Numbered from the stretch's first letter, positions 9,694 to 22,875 are shown. The stretch: 64,000 nucleotides of DNA from Candidatus Eiseniibacteriota bacterium (GCA_963707915.1 OY970178.1:2944001-3008000); one strand, 5' to 3'. The notes: generated by a model from the letters alone, not told the origin. Translations and numbers: made by a program.

Positions 9694-11873
9694 CCATGAC
9701 CACGCTCACCAGAACGCTCGCCCGCAGCCTTGCGGCGGCCCTCGTTTCCCTGCTGTCGGCGGGATCCGCCGGGGCCTTCGCCGCCGAGACCAACGCCTTC
9801 GTTCCGCCGGCCCCGATCGTGCGCACGATGCCGAACGGGCTCCGGGTGGCCGTCTTCCGGGACGGCCGTCTTCCCCTGGTCCAGATGCAACTGCTCCTGC
9901 CCGCCGGTGGGGCCCAGGACCCGGCGGAGGCGCCCGGCGTGGCCAACGCCACGGCCCTGCTCCTGCGCTCCGGCACCAGTTCGCGCACGGCAGAGGGCTT
10001 CATGGCCGACGTGGACTTCCTCGGCGGAAGCATCAGCGGTGCCGCGACGCGGGACTACTCCGACGTGAGCGGGACGTTCCTCTCGGCCGACTTCGAGGCG
10101 GGACTGGAGTTGTTCGCGGACGTCGTCGTGAATCCCATCTTCCCGCCCGAGGAAGTGGAACGCTTCCGGACCCAGGCCGCCGAGCAGCTGGTGCCCCTGC
10201 ATCGGAACCCCGTCGGCGAGGCGGAGGACCAGCTCTGGGCCCTGGCCTTCCCGGGGCATCCGTACGGGCGGAGCCCGGTGGGCACGCTCGAGTCGCTGTC
10301 ACGCCTGGACCGCGAGGCGGTGAGGGCGTTCCACCGCGACTACTACCGGCCCGACCGGGCGGTCCTCGCGATCGCGGGGGACGTGGACCCCGAACGCGCC
10401 TTTGCCGCGGTGAACGACCGCTTCGGCAGCTGGGCGGGCCGGTCGGCAAGGACGATCCGCCCGCCCCTGCCCACGGCGCCGGCCGCGATGCGGATCCAGA
10501 TCGTGGACCGCCCGGGCCTGGCCCGCAGCGAAGTCCGCGTCGGACTGGTCTGCCCGCCGCGCACCGACCCCGACGCCCTGCCGCTGCAGGCGGCGAGCTA
10601 CATCCTCGTCGGCGGGCCCGTGTCGAGGTTCGCCCGGTCCCAGCGCGCGGAGGGCGGACTGCCCTTCGAAGTGGCCGGCAGCCAGACCGTCCTGCGCGAC
10701 GCCGGCCTGGTGAGTCTCGGGGGCGCGGTCCGCAACGATTCCGCCGCCGCCCTGGTCACCCGCGTTCGCGACGAGCTCGCCCGCCTGCGCACGCAGCCTC
10801 CGGACGAGGCGGAAGTGGCGGCCGCGCGGCGCAGCTTCGTGAACACCTACCCGCTCCAGTTCCAGACGCCGGGGGCGCTCGCGGCGCAGTGGCTGGGAGC
10901 GGACTTCTATGGCCTCACCGCGGACTGGCTCGACCACTACGTCGCGAGCGTCGGTGCCGTGACCGCCGGCGGGGTGGACTCCGCCGCCTCGCGCTGGCTG
11001 GATCCCTCGCGCTGCGTGGTGGTCGTGGTCGGCCCCGCGGACGAGCTGAAGGGGCAACTCGAGGTCCTCGGCCCGGTGGAGGTCGCCGGCGCCGCGGGAG
11101 ATGTCGCCAGCCGGGCCCCGGTCGCGCCGGCGCAGGCCACTGCCGAACAGAAGAAGCGCGGACGCGAGTTGCTGGCCCAGGCACTGGTTGCACACGGCGG
11201 CCTGGAGCGGCTGCGCAAGGTGACGGACACGACGGTGGAGGGCGACATGGTCCTCCAGGTGGAAGGCCGGAGCCTCACGATCCTGGTGCGCCAGGTCCGC
11301 AAGGAGCCCTTCCGCATGAGGTACAGCACGCGCATCTCGAGCATGGAGAACGGCCAGATCCTCAACGGCGCGCGGGGCTGGCTCTACTCGAGCCTCGACT
11401 CGGTGCGGGTGACGAGCCTGGACAGCACGGGTGTCGAAGCGCTGCGGTCGGTCTTCCGCTCGGATATCGTGCATTCGCTGCTGGCCGCCGCCGGGCCGAC
11501 CGTCGAGGTCGCCTGGCTCGGGACGGGCCGTGCCGACGGACGCACGGCCGAGGTGATCGAGGTGACCTCCCCGGCGCCTCTGGGCGGGGGGCGCCGGGAG
11601 CAGCGGCTCCTCTACCTGGACGCCACGGACCACCGGCTGATCGCCGAGGACCTGGGTGACGCCGCGGCGCGGGCGAGCGCCATGGCGGTGCGCCGCGTCT
11701 ACCGCGACTACCGTCCCGTGGCGGGCGTGTCGTGGCCGTACCACGAGGAGCGCATGCTCGGCGGCACGAAGACCATGACCCTCAGCCTGGAGAGCGTGAC
11801 CATCAACACCGGCGTGAGCGACGCGACGTTCGAGCCGCCCAAGCCGGCGCCGAAGGGCGTGCCGCTCCACTAG
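9690..11873 (+). CDS. M16B non-catalytic subunit fused to a C-terminal LolA-like/lipoprotein-sorting-like domain
   Basis: ATGA overlap with the upstream gene; MPNGLRV, HPYGRSPVGT and YYRPDRAVLAIAGD motifs; extra domain of about 240 aa from ALVAHGGLERL to VTINTGVSDATFEPP. Confidence 0.8.
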   Translation: MTMTTLTRTLARSLAAALVSLLSAGSAGAFAAETNAFVPPAPIVRTMPNGLRVAVFRDGRLPLVQMQLLLPAGGAQDPAEAPGVANATALLLRSGTSSRTAEGFMADVDFLGGSISGAATRDYSDVSGTFLSADFEAGLELFADVVVNPIFPPEEVERFRTQAAEQLVPLHRNPVGEAEDQLWALAFPGHPYGRSPVGTLESLSRLDREAVRAFHRDYYRPDRAVLAIAGDVDPERAFAAVNDRFGSWAGRSARTIRPPLPTAPAAMRIQIVDRPGLARSEVRVGLVCPPRTDPDALPLQAASYILVGGPVSRFARSQRAEGGLPFEVAGSQTVLRDAGLVSLGGAVRNDSAAALVTRVRDELARLRTQPPDEAEVAAARRSFVNTYPLQFQTPGALAAQWLGADFYGLTADWLDHYVASVGAVTAGGVDSAASRWLDPSRCVVVVVGPADELKGQLEVLGPVEVAGAAGDVASRAPVAPAQATAEQKKRGRELLAQALVAHGGLERLRKVTDTTVEGDMVLQVEGRSLTILVRQVRKEPFRMRYSTRISSMENGQILNGARGWLYSSLDSVRVTSLDSTGVEALRSVFRSDIVHSLLAAAGPTVEVAWLGTGRADGRTAEVIEVTSPAPLGGGRREQRLLYLDATDHRLIAEDLGDAAARASAMAVRRVYRDYRPVAGVSWPYHEERMLGGTKTMTLSLESVTINTGVSDATFEPPKPAPKGVPLH

Positions 11874-11989
11874 CGGGAAGGCGTCTCCGGGCGCTGCGGG
11901 GCGCGTCGAACCCGGGGTGCGGGGGCCCGGCCGTGGATCGGCCGGGCCTCTTTGTGCCCCGCGCGGAACCCGGCTATCCTACACGCCAT

Positions 11990-14878
<2,889 letters not shown>

Positions 14879-14899
14879 AGCGAAGCACGGAACGGCGGC

Positions 14900-14927
14900 G
14901 GGGGCCGGGGCGCGAGCTCCGGCCCCC
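14900..14927 (+). terminator. GC-rich hairpin with GCGA tetraloop after ppdK
   Basis: GGGGGCCGGGGC-GCGA-GCTCCGGCCCCC; weak U tract. Confidence 0.45.
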
Positions 14928-15012
14928 GGTTGCTGCGCCCGGCGTCCGGCCCTTATCCTGCCGCGGTGTCGACCTCTCCGGCTCCAGGCCGGAGCGACCC
15001 TGCGGAGGCCCC

Positions 15013-15927
15013 GTGTACGTCGAGGAGTACCTGCAGGATCTGCGCCGGGACCGCTTCGCGCCGGGCGCCATCGCGCGCTACGTGCGGCGGGCCTTCGCGC
15101 GGGCGCGCGAGAGCATGATCGCCAACCCCGGGGCGGCCCGCTCGATCTGGAGCGTGGGGCTGGTCTTCTTCGCCCTGTGTTTCGTGGGATCGGCGGCCAT
15201 CGCCCTGTGGGACGAGCGGCGCCTCGCCCTCGACTTCTTCCTCTGGACCACGCTGGCGATGCTGCCCGTCCTGGCGATCGTCACGCTGCACCTCGACCTG
15301 CTGCGCGACCGCGAAGGCTTCCGGCTCTCGGCCGTGAACCTCCCGACCGCCATCACGCTGCTGCGCTTCTGCCTCGCGCCGGGCGTCGCGATCTGTCTCG
15401 GCCGGCAGCACTACGCGCTGGCCCTGGGCCTCTACCTTGCCGCCGAGCTGTCCGACGTCGCCGACGGCTGGCTCGCGCGGCGGCTCAAGCAGATCACCCG
15501 GCTCGGCACGGTGCTCGACCCGATCGTGGACATCCTGTTCAACGTCATCGTCTTCAGCGGCCTCTACCTGGGCCGCGTCATCCCGGCCTGGGTGCTGGGC
15601 GTGGCGCTGCTGCGCTACGCGATCTTCCTGCTCGGCGGGGCGTGCCTGTACCTGTTCGTCGGTCCGGTGACCATCCGGCCCACGCTGTTCGGGCGGCTGA
15701 GCGGCGTGGTGATGGTGGGGTTCACCGCCTTCCTGCTGCTGCTCCACGTGGTGCGCGCGCAGTGGCTGGACCGCCTCGCCGCGCTCACCACCCTGGCGCT
15801 GGGGGCGCTGCTGGTGGCGGCGGTGGGGCAGGTGGTGGCGCTCGGCTGGTACAACCTGCGGCTGCTGAAGGGCCAGGCCGCGGCGCAGGGCAGCGTGGTG
15901 GGCGACGTGCGCTGGGGGAAGCGTTGA
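15013..15927 (+). CDS. CDP-alcohol phosphatidyltransferase family membrane protein
   Basis: NLPTAITLLR and DVADGWLARRLKQITRLGTVLDPIVD signature; GGAGG RBS before the GTG. Confidence 0.88.
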   Translation: MYVEEYLQDLRRDRFAPGAIARYVRRAFARARESMIANPGAARSIWSVGLVFFALCFVGSAAIALWDERRLALDFFLWTTLAMLPVLAIVTLHLDLLRDREGFRLSAVNLPTAITLLRFCLAPGVAICLGRQHYALALGLYLAAELSDVADGWLARRLKQITRLGTVLDPIVDILFNVIVFSGLYLGRVIPAWVLGVALLRYAIFLLGGACLYLFVGPVTIRPTLFGRLSGVVMVGFTAFLLLLHVVRAQWLDRLAALTTLALGALLVAAVGQVVALGWYNLRLLKGQAAAQGSVVGDVRWGKR

Positions 15928-16454
15928 GCCAGGCCGTGCTCAAGGGCGACCTGGGCCGGTTCCAGCCGGCCGAGGTCCTCCAGTTCCTGCAGCTCGCGCA
16001 GGTCACCGGGCGGCTGGAGCTCTCGCGCCTCGCGGCCGGCCCGGGGGCGGTGCCGGGCGCCGAGGAGAGCGTGGACGTGTTCTTCGTCCAGGGCCGTCCG
16101 GTGTTCGCCCGCACCAGCGGGCAGTCGGTGAGGACCGGCGAGATCCTGGTCCATCGCGGCCACGCCACGCACGGGGCGGTGGTCGGCGCGCTCGAGGCTC
16201 AGCGCCGCGGGGCCCGGGGCCGCATCGGCGAGGTGCTGGCGGAGCGCGGGTCGGTCGCGCCCGCGCTGGTGGTGCAGGCCGTGCACGAGTGCGTGCGGCG
16301 CATCCTCTACGGCATGCTCCTGTGGCGCGAGGGGCGCTTCCGCTTCTACGCCGACGAGCGCGCCGACGACGACCTGCCGCTCGACCTCGACCTCGACCGG
16401 CTGATCCTCGAGGGCCTGCGGCTCGCCGACCAGGCGCGCGCCGAATCCCGCTAG
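15924..16454 (+). CDS. DUF4388 (PatA_N-like) domain protein
   Basis: LKGDLGRFQPAEVLQFLQLAQVTGRLEL, WREGRFRF and LILEGLRLAD; TTGA overlap. Confidence 0.75.
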   Translation: MSQAVLKGDLGRFQPAEVLQFLQLAQVTGRLELSRLAAGPGAVPGAEESVDVFFVQGRPVFARTSGQSVRTGEILVHRGHATHGAVVGALEAQRRGARGRIGEVLAERGSVAPALVVQAVHECVRRILYGMLLWREGRFRFYADERADDDLPLDLDLDRLILEGLRLADQARAESR

Positions 16455-16470
16455 CTCCCGACCGGACCCC

Positions 16471-18624
16471 GTGACCGACCTCTCCCTGCACCTCGCTCCG
16501 CACGCACCGTGGCTGCTGCTGGCCGCGACCAGCCTCGTCATCCTGGCGCTGGGCGCCTGGGCCTACCGCATCGCGGTGCCGCCGCTGCCGCGCGGGGCGC
16601 GGCGCCTGCTGCCCGCGCTGCGCATCGCCGCGCTGCTGCTGCTCGCCTGGCTGCTCGGCCAGCCCGTGCTGGAGCACGCGGCGGGCGGGCGGACCCGGGT
16701 GGTCGTGCTGCTGGACCGCTCGGCGAGCATGGATCTGCCGGCGGGGCCGGGCGAGGGGCCACGCAGCGCCTCGGCCGCTCGCGCGGTGAAGGCGCTCGAA
16801 CAGGCGTGGCGCGGCCGGGCGAACGTGAGCGTGCTGCACTTCGCGGCCCGGCTCGGGTCCGATTCGGCGCGCACCGGCGCAGCGCTGGCGGCCGGCGCCA
16901 CGGCGCTGGGCGATGCGCTCGCCGCGCTGGCGGCCGCGCCGGCCGGATCGGACGCGGGCGCGGTCGTGGTGGTGAGCGACGGGGCGGTGAACGCGGGTGA
17001 GGACCCGGTGGCGGCCGCGGGCGCCCTCGGCCTGCCCGTGCACGCGGTGGTCGTGGGCCGCGGTGGAGCGCCCGACCGCGTGGTCACCGAGGTCGAGACG
17101 CCGGACGTGGCGCGCGTGGGGCGGCCCACGATGGTGCGCGCGCGGGTGACCAGCACCGAGGAGCGCGGCGCGCCCATGACCGTGCGCCTGCTGGAGGACG
17201 GCCGCGAGCTGGCGCGCGCGACGGCGGTCGCGCCGGGGAGCGGCGCCGAGGCCACGGCCGAGTTCCAGGTCGTGCCGACGCGGCCCGGGCTCGTGCTCTG
17301 GACCGCGCGCGTGGACTCGCTGTCGGGCGAGCTGACCGTCGCCAACAATGCGCGGCAGCTGGCGGTCGAGGTCGCGCCGGGCCGGCTCGGCGTGCTGCTG
17401 GTGAGCGGTGGCCTCAACTGGGACCTCGCCTTCCTGCGGCGCGGCCTGCTCGGCGACTCGAGCCTGGCGGTGACCACCTTCGTTCGCGAGCGCGGCGGCT
17501 GGCGCGCGCTCGAGCGGCGCGCGGGGCCGGGGGGGGAGCCCTCGGCGGCGAGCCTGCGCGGCCAGGCGGTCGTGGTGCTGGACGCCGTCGCGCCGCTCGA
17601 GGTCGGCGCGGACTTCGACCGGGCGCTGGCGGGTTTCGTGCGCGGGGGCGGCGGGCTGCTGGTGCTCGGCGGCCCCGAGCCGGGCCTCGCCCGCTACGGC
17701 ACGGGGGAGCTGGGGGCCGATCTCGCGGTGAGGCTCGGCGGCTCGCGCGCCGCGCGCGGCGGCACGCCGCAGCCCGCCCTCGAGGCGCGCGAGCTGCTCG
17801 ACTGGGATCCGGACCCGGCGCGCGGGGCGCGGGCGTGGAGCGCGGTCGCGCCGCTGGGCGAAGTGGCGCCGGTGAGCCCGGGGGCGGGCGACCGGGTGCT
17901 GATCGGCTCGGTAGGCGGCGGGCCGCCGCTGCTGATCGGTCGCCACATCGGGCGGGGCCAGGCGTTGCTGGTGAACGGCACGGGCCTGTGGCGCTGGTCG
18001 CTCTCGGGCGTGGACGAGCTCACCGCGGAGCGCGGGCGCGCGCTGTGGCGCCGGCTCGCCCACTGGCTGGCCGAGCCCGCGCAGGCGGAGCCCCTGCGGG
18101 TGCGGCCCGACCGCTGGCTCGCGCCGGGCGGCGAGCCGGTGCGGCTGTTTGCCACGCTGCAGGACTCGGCGTTCCGCCCGGTCGCGGGTGGCGAGGTGAC
18201 GGGCGAGGTGCAGGACGACGCCGGACGGTCGCGCCGGGTGCGGTTCGAGTCGCGCTCGCGCGGCTCGTACGAGGCGGTGCTCGAGGACCTGCCTGCGGCG
18301 CGCTACCGGTTGAGCGCGCGTGCGCTCCGCGGCGGCCGCGAGCTGGGGCGCGCCGCCACCGAGTTCGCCGTGGACCGCTGGAGCCTCGAGCTGGCGCGCA
18401 GCCTGCCCGACAGTGCCGCACTCGCGGCGGTCGCCGTGGCGACCGGCGGGCGCGTCACGGACGCTTCCCGGGTGGAGCGCTGGGCGCGCACGCTGCCGAC
18501 GCGCGCCCTGGCCCGCGGCCGCGTCGAGTCGCGCCGGCTCTGGGAGTCCCCCTGGGTGTTCGCGCTGGTCGTCGCGCTGCTGAGCGTGGAGTGGTTCTGG
18601 CGCCGGCGGCGGGGACTGCCGTAG
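16471..18624 (+). CDS. Membrane-anchored vWA-domain protein with Ig-like and GATase-like regions
   Basis: N-terminal TM helices; MIDAS-like LLDRSASM and VVVSDG; C-terminal TM followed by EWFWRRRRGLP. Confidence 0.75.
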   Translation: MTDLSLHLAPHAPWLLLAATSLVILALGAWAYRIAVPPLPRGARRLLPALRIAALLLLAWLLGQPVLEHAAGGRTRVVVLLDRSASMDLPAGPGEGPRSASAARAVKALEQAWRGRANVSVLHFAARLGSDSARTGAALAAGATALGDALAALAAAPAGSDAGAVVVVSDGAVNAGEDPVAAAGALGLPVHAVVVGRGGAPDRVVTEVETPDVARVGRPTMVRARVTSTEERGAPMTVRLLEDGRELARATAVAPGSGAEATAEFQVVPTRPGLVLWTARVDSLSGELTVANNARQLAVEVAPGRLGVLLVSGGLNWDLAFLRRGLLGDSSLAVTTFVRERGGWRALERRAGPGGEPSAASLRGQAVVVLDAVAPLEVGADFDRALAGFVRGGGGLLVLGGPEPGLARYGTGELGADLAVRLGGSRAARGGTPQPALEARELLDWDPDPARGARAWSAVAPLGEVAPVSPGAGDRVLIGSVGGGPPLLIGRHIGRGQALLVNGTGLWRWSLSGVDELTAERGRALWRRLAHWLAEPAQAEPLRVRPDRWLAPGGEPVRLFATLQDSAFRPVAGGEVTGEVQDDAGRSRRVRFESRSRGSYEAVLEDLPAARYRLSARALRGGRELGRAATEFAVDRWSLELARSLPDSAALAAVAVATGGRVTDASRVERWARTLPTRALARGRVESRRLWESPWVFALVVALLSVEWFWRRRRGLP

Positions 18625-18714
18625 GCGAGCGCGGCCACGATCCGCCGCGGCCCACGGCCCTCCCGCGCACCCGCGACCTGACCGGGACCGAGCCCGGCCG
18701 GACGCCCGCCCGCC

Positions 18715-18730
18715 CGGCACGCGCGTTGCG
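18715..18730 (+). promoter_or_regulatory. sigma54 (-24/-12) promoter
   Basis: CGGCACGCGCGTTGCG; GG at 18716-17 and GC at 18728-29, just upstream of the ATG at 18768. Confidence 0.65.
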
Positions 18731-18767
18731 ATAGACCCGCCGCGTACCGCCCCCGAGGGGAGAGTCC

Positions 18768-20459
18768 ATGCTCCACGGGGGTGTCCTGGCGTGCGCCGCC
18801 GCGAGCGCGCTGGCCGCGTGCGGCGCCGCGGCGATCGCGCCGAAGGGCGCGGCCGCGGCCTGCGCGCCGACGCAGCATCCGCAGGTCGCCGAGGTGCTCT
18901 ACGACGCGATCGGCGACGACACCGGCTGGGAGTTCGTCGAGTTCCACAACCCCTTCGACCGCGCCCTGCCGCTCGCGGGGGCCCGGCTCGAGGCGGGCGA
19001 CGGCTCGGGCCCCGGCCGCTGGACGCTGCGCTGGACCGGCAACGCCGTGGACAGTGTCCCCGCCGGTGGACGCTTCGTCGTGGGCGGCGCGAAGGTCCTG
19101 CCGTATCCGCAGGCGGTCGTGACCCTCGAGCTGCAGAACGGGCCCGACGCGCTCCGCGTGGTCTGGCCGGACGGCACGGTCGAGGTGGTGGGCTACGGCG
19201 CGCACGAGTTCGCCGAGTACTCCTGCGGCGCGCCGGCCGTCGACGTCGCCCCGGGGCAGTCGCTGGCCCGCGTCCCGGACGGCGCCGACCTGGGGAGCAA
19301 CGCGGCCGACTTCCGCGCCGCCGTGCCCTCGCCCGGGCGGCCGAACCAGCCGCAGCGTGACCTGGCGGTGCCGGCCGGCTCGCTGGCGCTGACTCCCGGG
19401 CAGCCGGAGCCCGGGGCCGCCGCGCGGCTCACGGGCCGGATCGAGAACCGCGGCGCCACCGCGGTCGCGGCCGGCGAGGCGATGCTGGTCGCGGCCGCGA
19501 CCGCCCCCCCGGCGGCGGGCGAGGTGCCGCTCTTCGCACGCGCCGTCGGCGTGGCGCTGGCTTCCGGCGACACCGTCGTGTTCGACGAGCCGCTGGCGCT
19601 CGAGGCGGGCAAGTGGCGGTTGCGGCTCGCGGTGGCGCTGCCGGGTGACGAAACCCCGGCCAACGACGCCGACTCGCTGCTGGTGCGCGCGGGGGCGGGC
19701 CCGCTCGAGGCGACCGAGATCCAGTTCCACCCGGCCGCGGGCGAGGGCGAGTGGGTCGAGGTGCGGAACCGCTCCGGGGCGCCGCTCGACCTGCGCGGCT
19801 TCACGCTCGCGGACCGCGGGAGCGCGCGCGGGGTCCCGGCGGACGGCGAGGGCGCGCTCGCGCCCGAGAGCCTCGCCGTGCTGGCGCAGGACCGCGCGGC
19901 GCTGCTGGGGATGTTCCCCGCGCTCGACGCGCGCCGGGTGTGGAGCGCGCGACCCTGGTCGACCCTCAACAACTCGGACGACTCCACGGGCTTCGCCGAC
20001 GCGGTGGTCCTGCGCGAGGTGGACGGCACGCTCTGCCAGCGCGTGGACTACTCGGCGGCCGGCGTGCCGGCGGGCGTGCCGCTCGAGTGGCGCGACGGCG
20101 GCTGGTGGCCGGCCTCCGAACCGGCGGGCACGCCGCTGCGTCCCCCGCAGTCCCGCGCGCCGCTCGCGCGGCGCTTCGAGCTCGCGCCGCGGCGGTTGCG
20201 CGTGGGCGGATCGGCGACGCTGACCTGGGACCTGCCCTGGTCGCGCGCCCGTATCGCGTTGGAGCTCTACGACTTGGCAGGGCGCCTCGTGGCCCGTCCG
20301 CTGGGCGAGTCGCTGGTCCCGCCGCGCGGGGAGCGGGCGTGGTCGCCCGGCGCGGTGGCTCCCGGGCTCTATGTCGCGCTGGCCCGTGCGCGGCCGGACG
20401 GGAGCGGGGACTGGATCGTCGAGCGCAGCGCGGTGCACATCGACGGGAGCGCGCGATGA
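18768..20459 (+). CDS. Secreted protein with two lamin-tail domains, a CARDB-like Ig domain and a degenerate C-terminal Ig/CTD
   Basis: EVLYDAIGDDTGWEFVEFHN and EIQFHPAAGEGEWVEVRN (LTD motifs); DETPAND; LELYDLAGRLV...PGLY. Confidence 0.8.
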   Translation: MLHGGVLACAAASALAACGAAAIAPKGAAAACAPTQHPQVAEVLYDAIGDDTGWEFVEFHNPFDRALPLAGARLEAGDGSGPGRWTLRWTGNAVDSVPAGGRFVVGGAKVLPYPQAVVTLELQNGPDALRVVWPDGTVEVVGYGAHEFAEYSCGAPAVDVAPGQSLARVPDGADLGSNAADFRAAVPSPGRPNQPQRDLAVPAGSLALTPGQPEPGAAARLTGRIENRGATAVAAGEAMLVAAATAPPAAGEVPLFARAVGVALASGDTVVFDEPLALEAGKWRLRLAVALPGDETPANDADSLLVRAGAGPLEATEIQFHPAAGEGEWVEVRNRSGAPLDLRGFTLADRGSARGVPADGEGALAPESLAVLAQDRAALLGMFPALDARRVWSARPWSTLNNSDDSTGFADAVVLREVDGTLCQRVDYSAAGVPAGVPLEWRDGGWWPASEPAGTPLRPPQSRAPLARRFELAPRRLRVGGSATLTWDLPWSRARIALELYDLAGRLVARPLGESLVPPRGERAWSPGAVAPGLYVALARARPDGSGDWIVERSAVHIDGSAR

Positions 20460-21262
20460 CGCCGGCGCGCGTGGCGCTGCTCGCGCTGGCCGTGTCGCTG
20501 GCGCCGGTGGCGCGCGCCGGAGCACAGGACTTCTTGGGCGTCGCGCCGCCGGGGCCGGTGTCTGCCCCGGGCGCCTTCATCGAGAGCGGCCTGCCTGGCG
20601 CAAGCGCGGGATCCGCGCTCGACGCGACGTACACGAGCTGGTTCGGCCTGCCCGAGCTCGAGACCCGCGCGCTGGCCGGCGGCGCCGGCTGGCGGCCGGT
20701 GCGCGTCGCGGCCGGCGTCTCGCAGACCGGCGCGCCGGATCTCGGCTGGAGCGCCGTCGGGCTGGCGGGCGGCGTGGCGCGCCCCGCCGGCGGCGCGGGC
20801 CTGCGCGCGGTGGCGCGACGGGAACGCGCGATCGCGCCGGGCAGCGCGGCGGCCGCGCGGCTCGACGCCCGGGTGGGCGTGGAGGTGGGCTGGGGAGCGT
20901 GGCTCGAGGCGGCGCGCGGATGGCGGGTCTGGGCCGCGGTGCCGCAGTCGTGGTGCGCGGGCACCGCGCCGCCGCTCGATCGTCCACTCGAGATCGGCGG
21001 GCAGTACGAGAGTGACGGCCTTGCCCTCTGGCTGACGCGCTCGGCCCCGTCCGGCGGGGCGGAGGCCGACCACGGTGCGGGCGTTGCGCTGCGCTCGGGG
21101 CCCCTGCTCGCGTGGGCCTCGGTGCGTGACCGGCCGCTGCGCGGCGGCGTGGGGCTGACGGCGTCGGTCCGGCGGCTGTCCGTGGCCGCGATGGTCGAGA
21201 GCCATCCCGAGCTGGGCGAGACGCTGCGACTCGCGCTCGGTCTCGCCGGCGCGGCACGGTGA
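20456..21262 (+). CDS. Hypothetical exported protein, probable small outer-membrane beta-barrel
   Basis: ATGA overlap; signal peptide; amphipathic strands; WFGLPEL and HPELGET motifs. Confidence 0.55.
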   Translation: MTPARVALLALAVSLAPVARAGAQDFLGVAPPGPVSAPGAFIESGLPGASAGSALDATYTSWFGLPELETRALAGGAGWRPVRVAAGVSQTGAPDLGWSAVGLAGGVARPAGGAGLRAVARRERAIAPGSAAAARLDARVGVEVGWGAWLEAARGWRVWAAVPQSWCAGTAPPLDRPLEIGGQYESDGLALWLTRSAPSGGAEADHGAGVALRSGPLLAWASVRDRPLRGGVGLTASVRRLSVAAMVESHPELGETLRLALGLAGAAR

Positions 21263-22713
21263 CGGGCGTGTTCCCGGCCGCGGTGCGGGCGAGCACCGTC
21301 CGTCGCGGGGCGGCCCGCGCGGCGCCGCTCACGCTCGCGCTCGCCACCGCGATGCTCGCCGCGCTCCTCGGCGCGGACGCCGCCCGCGCGCAGCTCGCGC
21401 CCGACTCCACCGGGTACGTCGAGCCGCCACCCGAGGAGCCCGAGGGGGCGGACTACGAGGTCGAGTCCGCCGACTCGCTGGCCGAGGGCGCGATCGAGCT
21501 GGGCATGGGCGCTTCGGGCCGCGCGGGATCGAGGCCGCGACAGACGCGGCGCGTGCGCTTCAACGACCGCACGCTGGGCGGCTCGGTGCGCGAGGGCGAG
21601 GGCGATCCGCTCGCCGGTGGCTCGATCGAGACCGGCGTTCCGGCCGGACGCGCGGGCGTGGGACGCCTCGCACCGCGCTGGGGACGCGGCCTGCTGCTGG
21701 GCGCGGCGGCCGAGCCGTGGAGCACGGCCGCCAGCGATCGCGGCGCCGGCGCGCCGTTCCGCGGTCGCGCGGGGCGCGGCGCCTGGTACCGGGTGGGGGA
21801 GAGCGGGGCGCTCGAGACGCTCTACGGGCGCTTCGGGAAGCGCGACCTCGCGGGCGGCCGCGTGCGAGCCGGCCCGCTCGGCCTCGGTGTCCTCGCCGAC
21901 CGCGGTGGCGACGCGCAGGCCAGCCTCAGCGTCTGCCGGGGCGCGGCCGAGCACGAGCTGGCGCTCGACCGTTCCGGCCGGTGGCGCGCCGAGGCGGCGC
22001 TCGAGCGGAGCGCGGGCACGCGCGCGCTGGCGGCCCGGGTGCGCGGCGGAACGCCGGGCCTGCGCTCGCTGGCCGAGCCGCTCCGCAGCGGACCGGCGAG
22101 CGCGCTCGCCGTGGAGCTGCGCGACGACGTGCGCTGGGGCCGCGTGTGCGCGCAGGCCGCGCTCTGGCGCTTCGCCCCGGGCCGCGGCGGCGCTCGCGCG
22201 GCGCTCGAGGTGCGGCGTCGCCTCGGGCCGCGCGGGTCCGTCGCGGCGGGCTTCGAGGAACGGCACGGCACGCCGCGCGAGAGCGGGCGCATCCCGGGAT
22301 TCCGCCAGGGCGGCTGGGGCGAGTGGCGGGGCGAAGCGGCCGGCCTCGCGCTCGCGCTGCGCCACGAGGTGCTGGGCGCCGAGCGGCTCGGCCGGGACGC
22401 GGTGCGCACCGTGACGGCGGCGCTGGCCGAGATCGCGGGACCGGCCGGGAGCGGGCTGCGCATCACCCACTGCGTCTATCGCGTGCGGTCCGGCGAGAGC
22501 CTCTACCTGATCGAGACCGCGAGCGATCGGGTCGTCCTGCGGGCGGTCTCCGGCACCGGGCGGCGCACGCGCGTGGAGCTGCGCGCGCCGGGTGCCGGGG
22601 GCCGCGTCCAGGCGACGCTCGAGCTGCAGGGCGTCGCCGGTGTCCCGGCCGGAGCGGTACGACCACGCTGGACGCTGGACTGGACACGGCGTGCTCAGGG
22701 CGCCGGCCGGTAG
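21259..22713 (+). CDS. Hypothetical exported Arg/Gly-rich protein, probable beta-barrel
   Basis: GTGA overlap; signal peptide; GRLAPRWGRGLLLG motif; terminal strand WTLDW. Confidence 0.5.
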   Translation: MTGVFPAAVRASTVRRGAARAAPLTLALATAMLAALLGADAARAQLAPDSTGYVEPPPEEPEGADYEVESADSLAEGAIELGMGASGRAGSRPRQTRRVRFNDRTLGGSVREGEGDPLAGGSIETGVPAGRAGVGRLAPRWGRGLLLGAAAEPWSTAASDRGAGAPFRGRAGRGAWYRVGESGALETLYGRFGKRDLAGGRVRAGPLGLGVLADRGGDAQASLSVCRGAAEHELALDRSGRWRAEAALERSAGTRALAARVRGGTPGLRSLAEPLRSGPASALAVELRDDVRWGRVCAQAALWRFAPGRGGARAALEVRRRLGPRGSVAAGFEERHGTPRESGRIPGFRQGGWGEWRGEAAGLALALRHEVLGAERLGRDAVRTVTAALAEIAGPAGSGLRITHCVYRVRSGESLYLIETASDRVVLRAVSGTGRRTRVELRAPGAGGRVQATLELQGVAGVPAGAVRPRWTLDWTRRAQGAGR

Positions 22714-22809
22714 CGAACGAAGCGTCGAGGCACCCGCGCTCCGCCCGACGATGGCAGCCGCCGCGCCGCCACGCCACTTCGGGGCGAGCGCCGGGCATCG
22801 CACCGACGG

Positions 22810-22825
22810 TGGTACGGGGCGTGCA
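22810..22825 (+). promoter_or_regulatory. Putative sigma54 (-24/-12) promoter
   Basis: TGGTACGGGGCGTGCA; GG at 22811-12 and GC at 22823-24, about 50 nt before the ATG at 22876. Confidence 0.5.
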
Positions 22826-22875
22826 GGACTCGGCGGACGTCACGCCCCCGTCACCTGCCCCCGTGGGGATGCACC

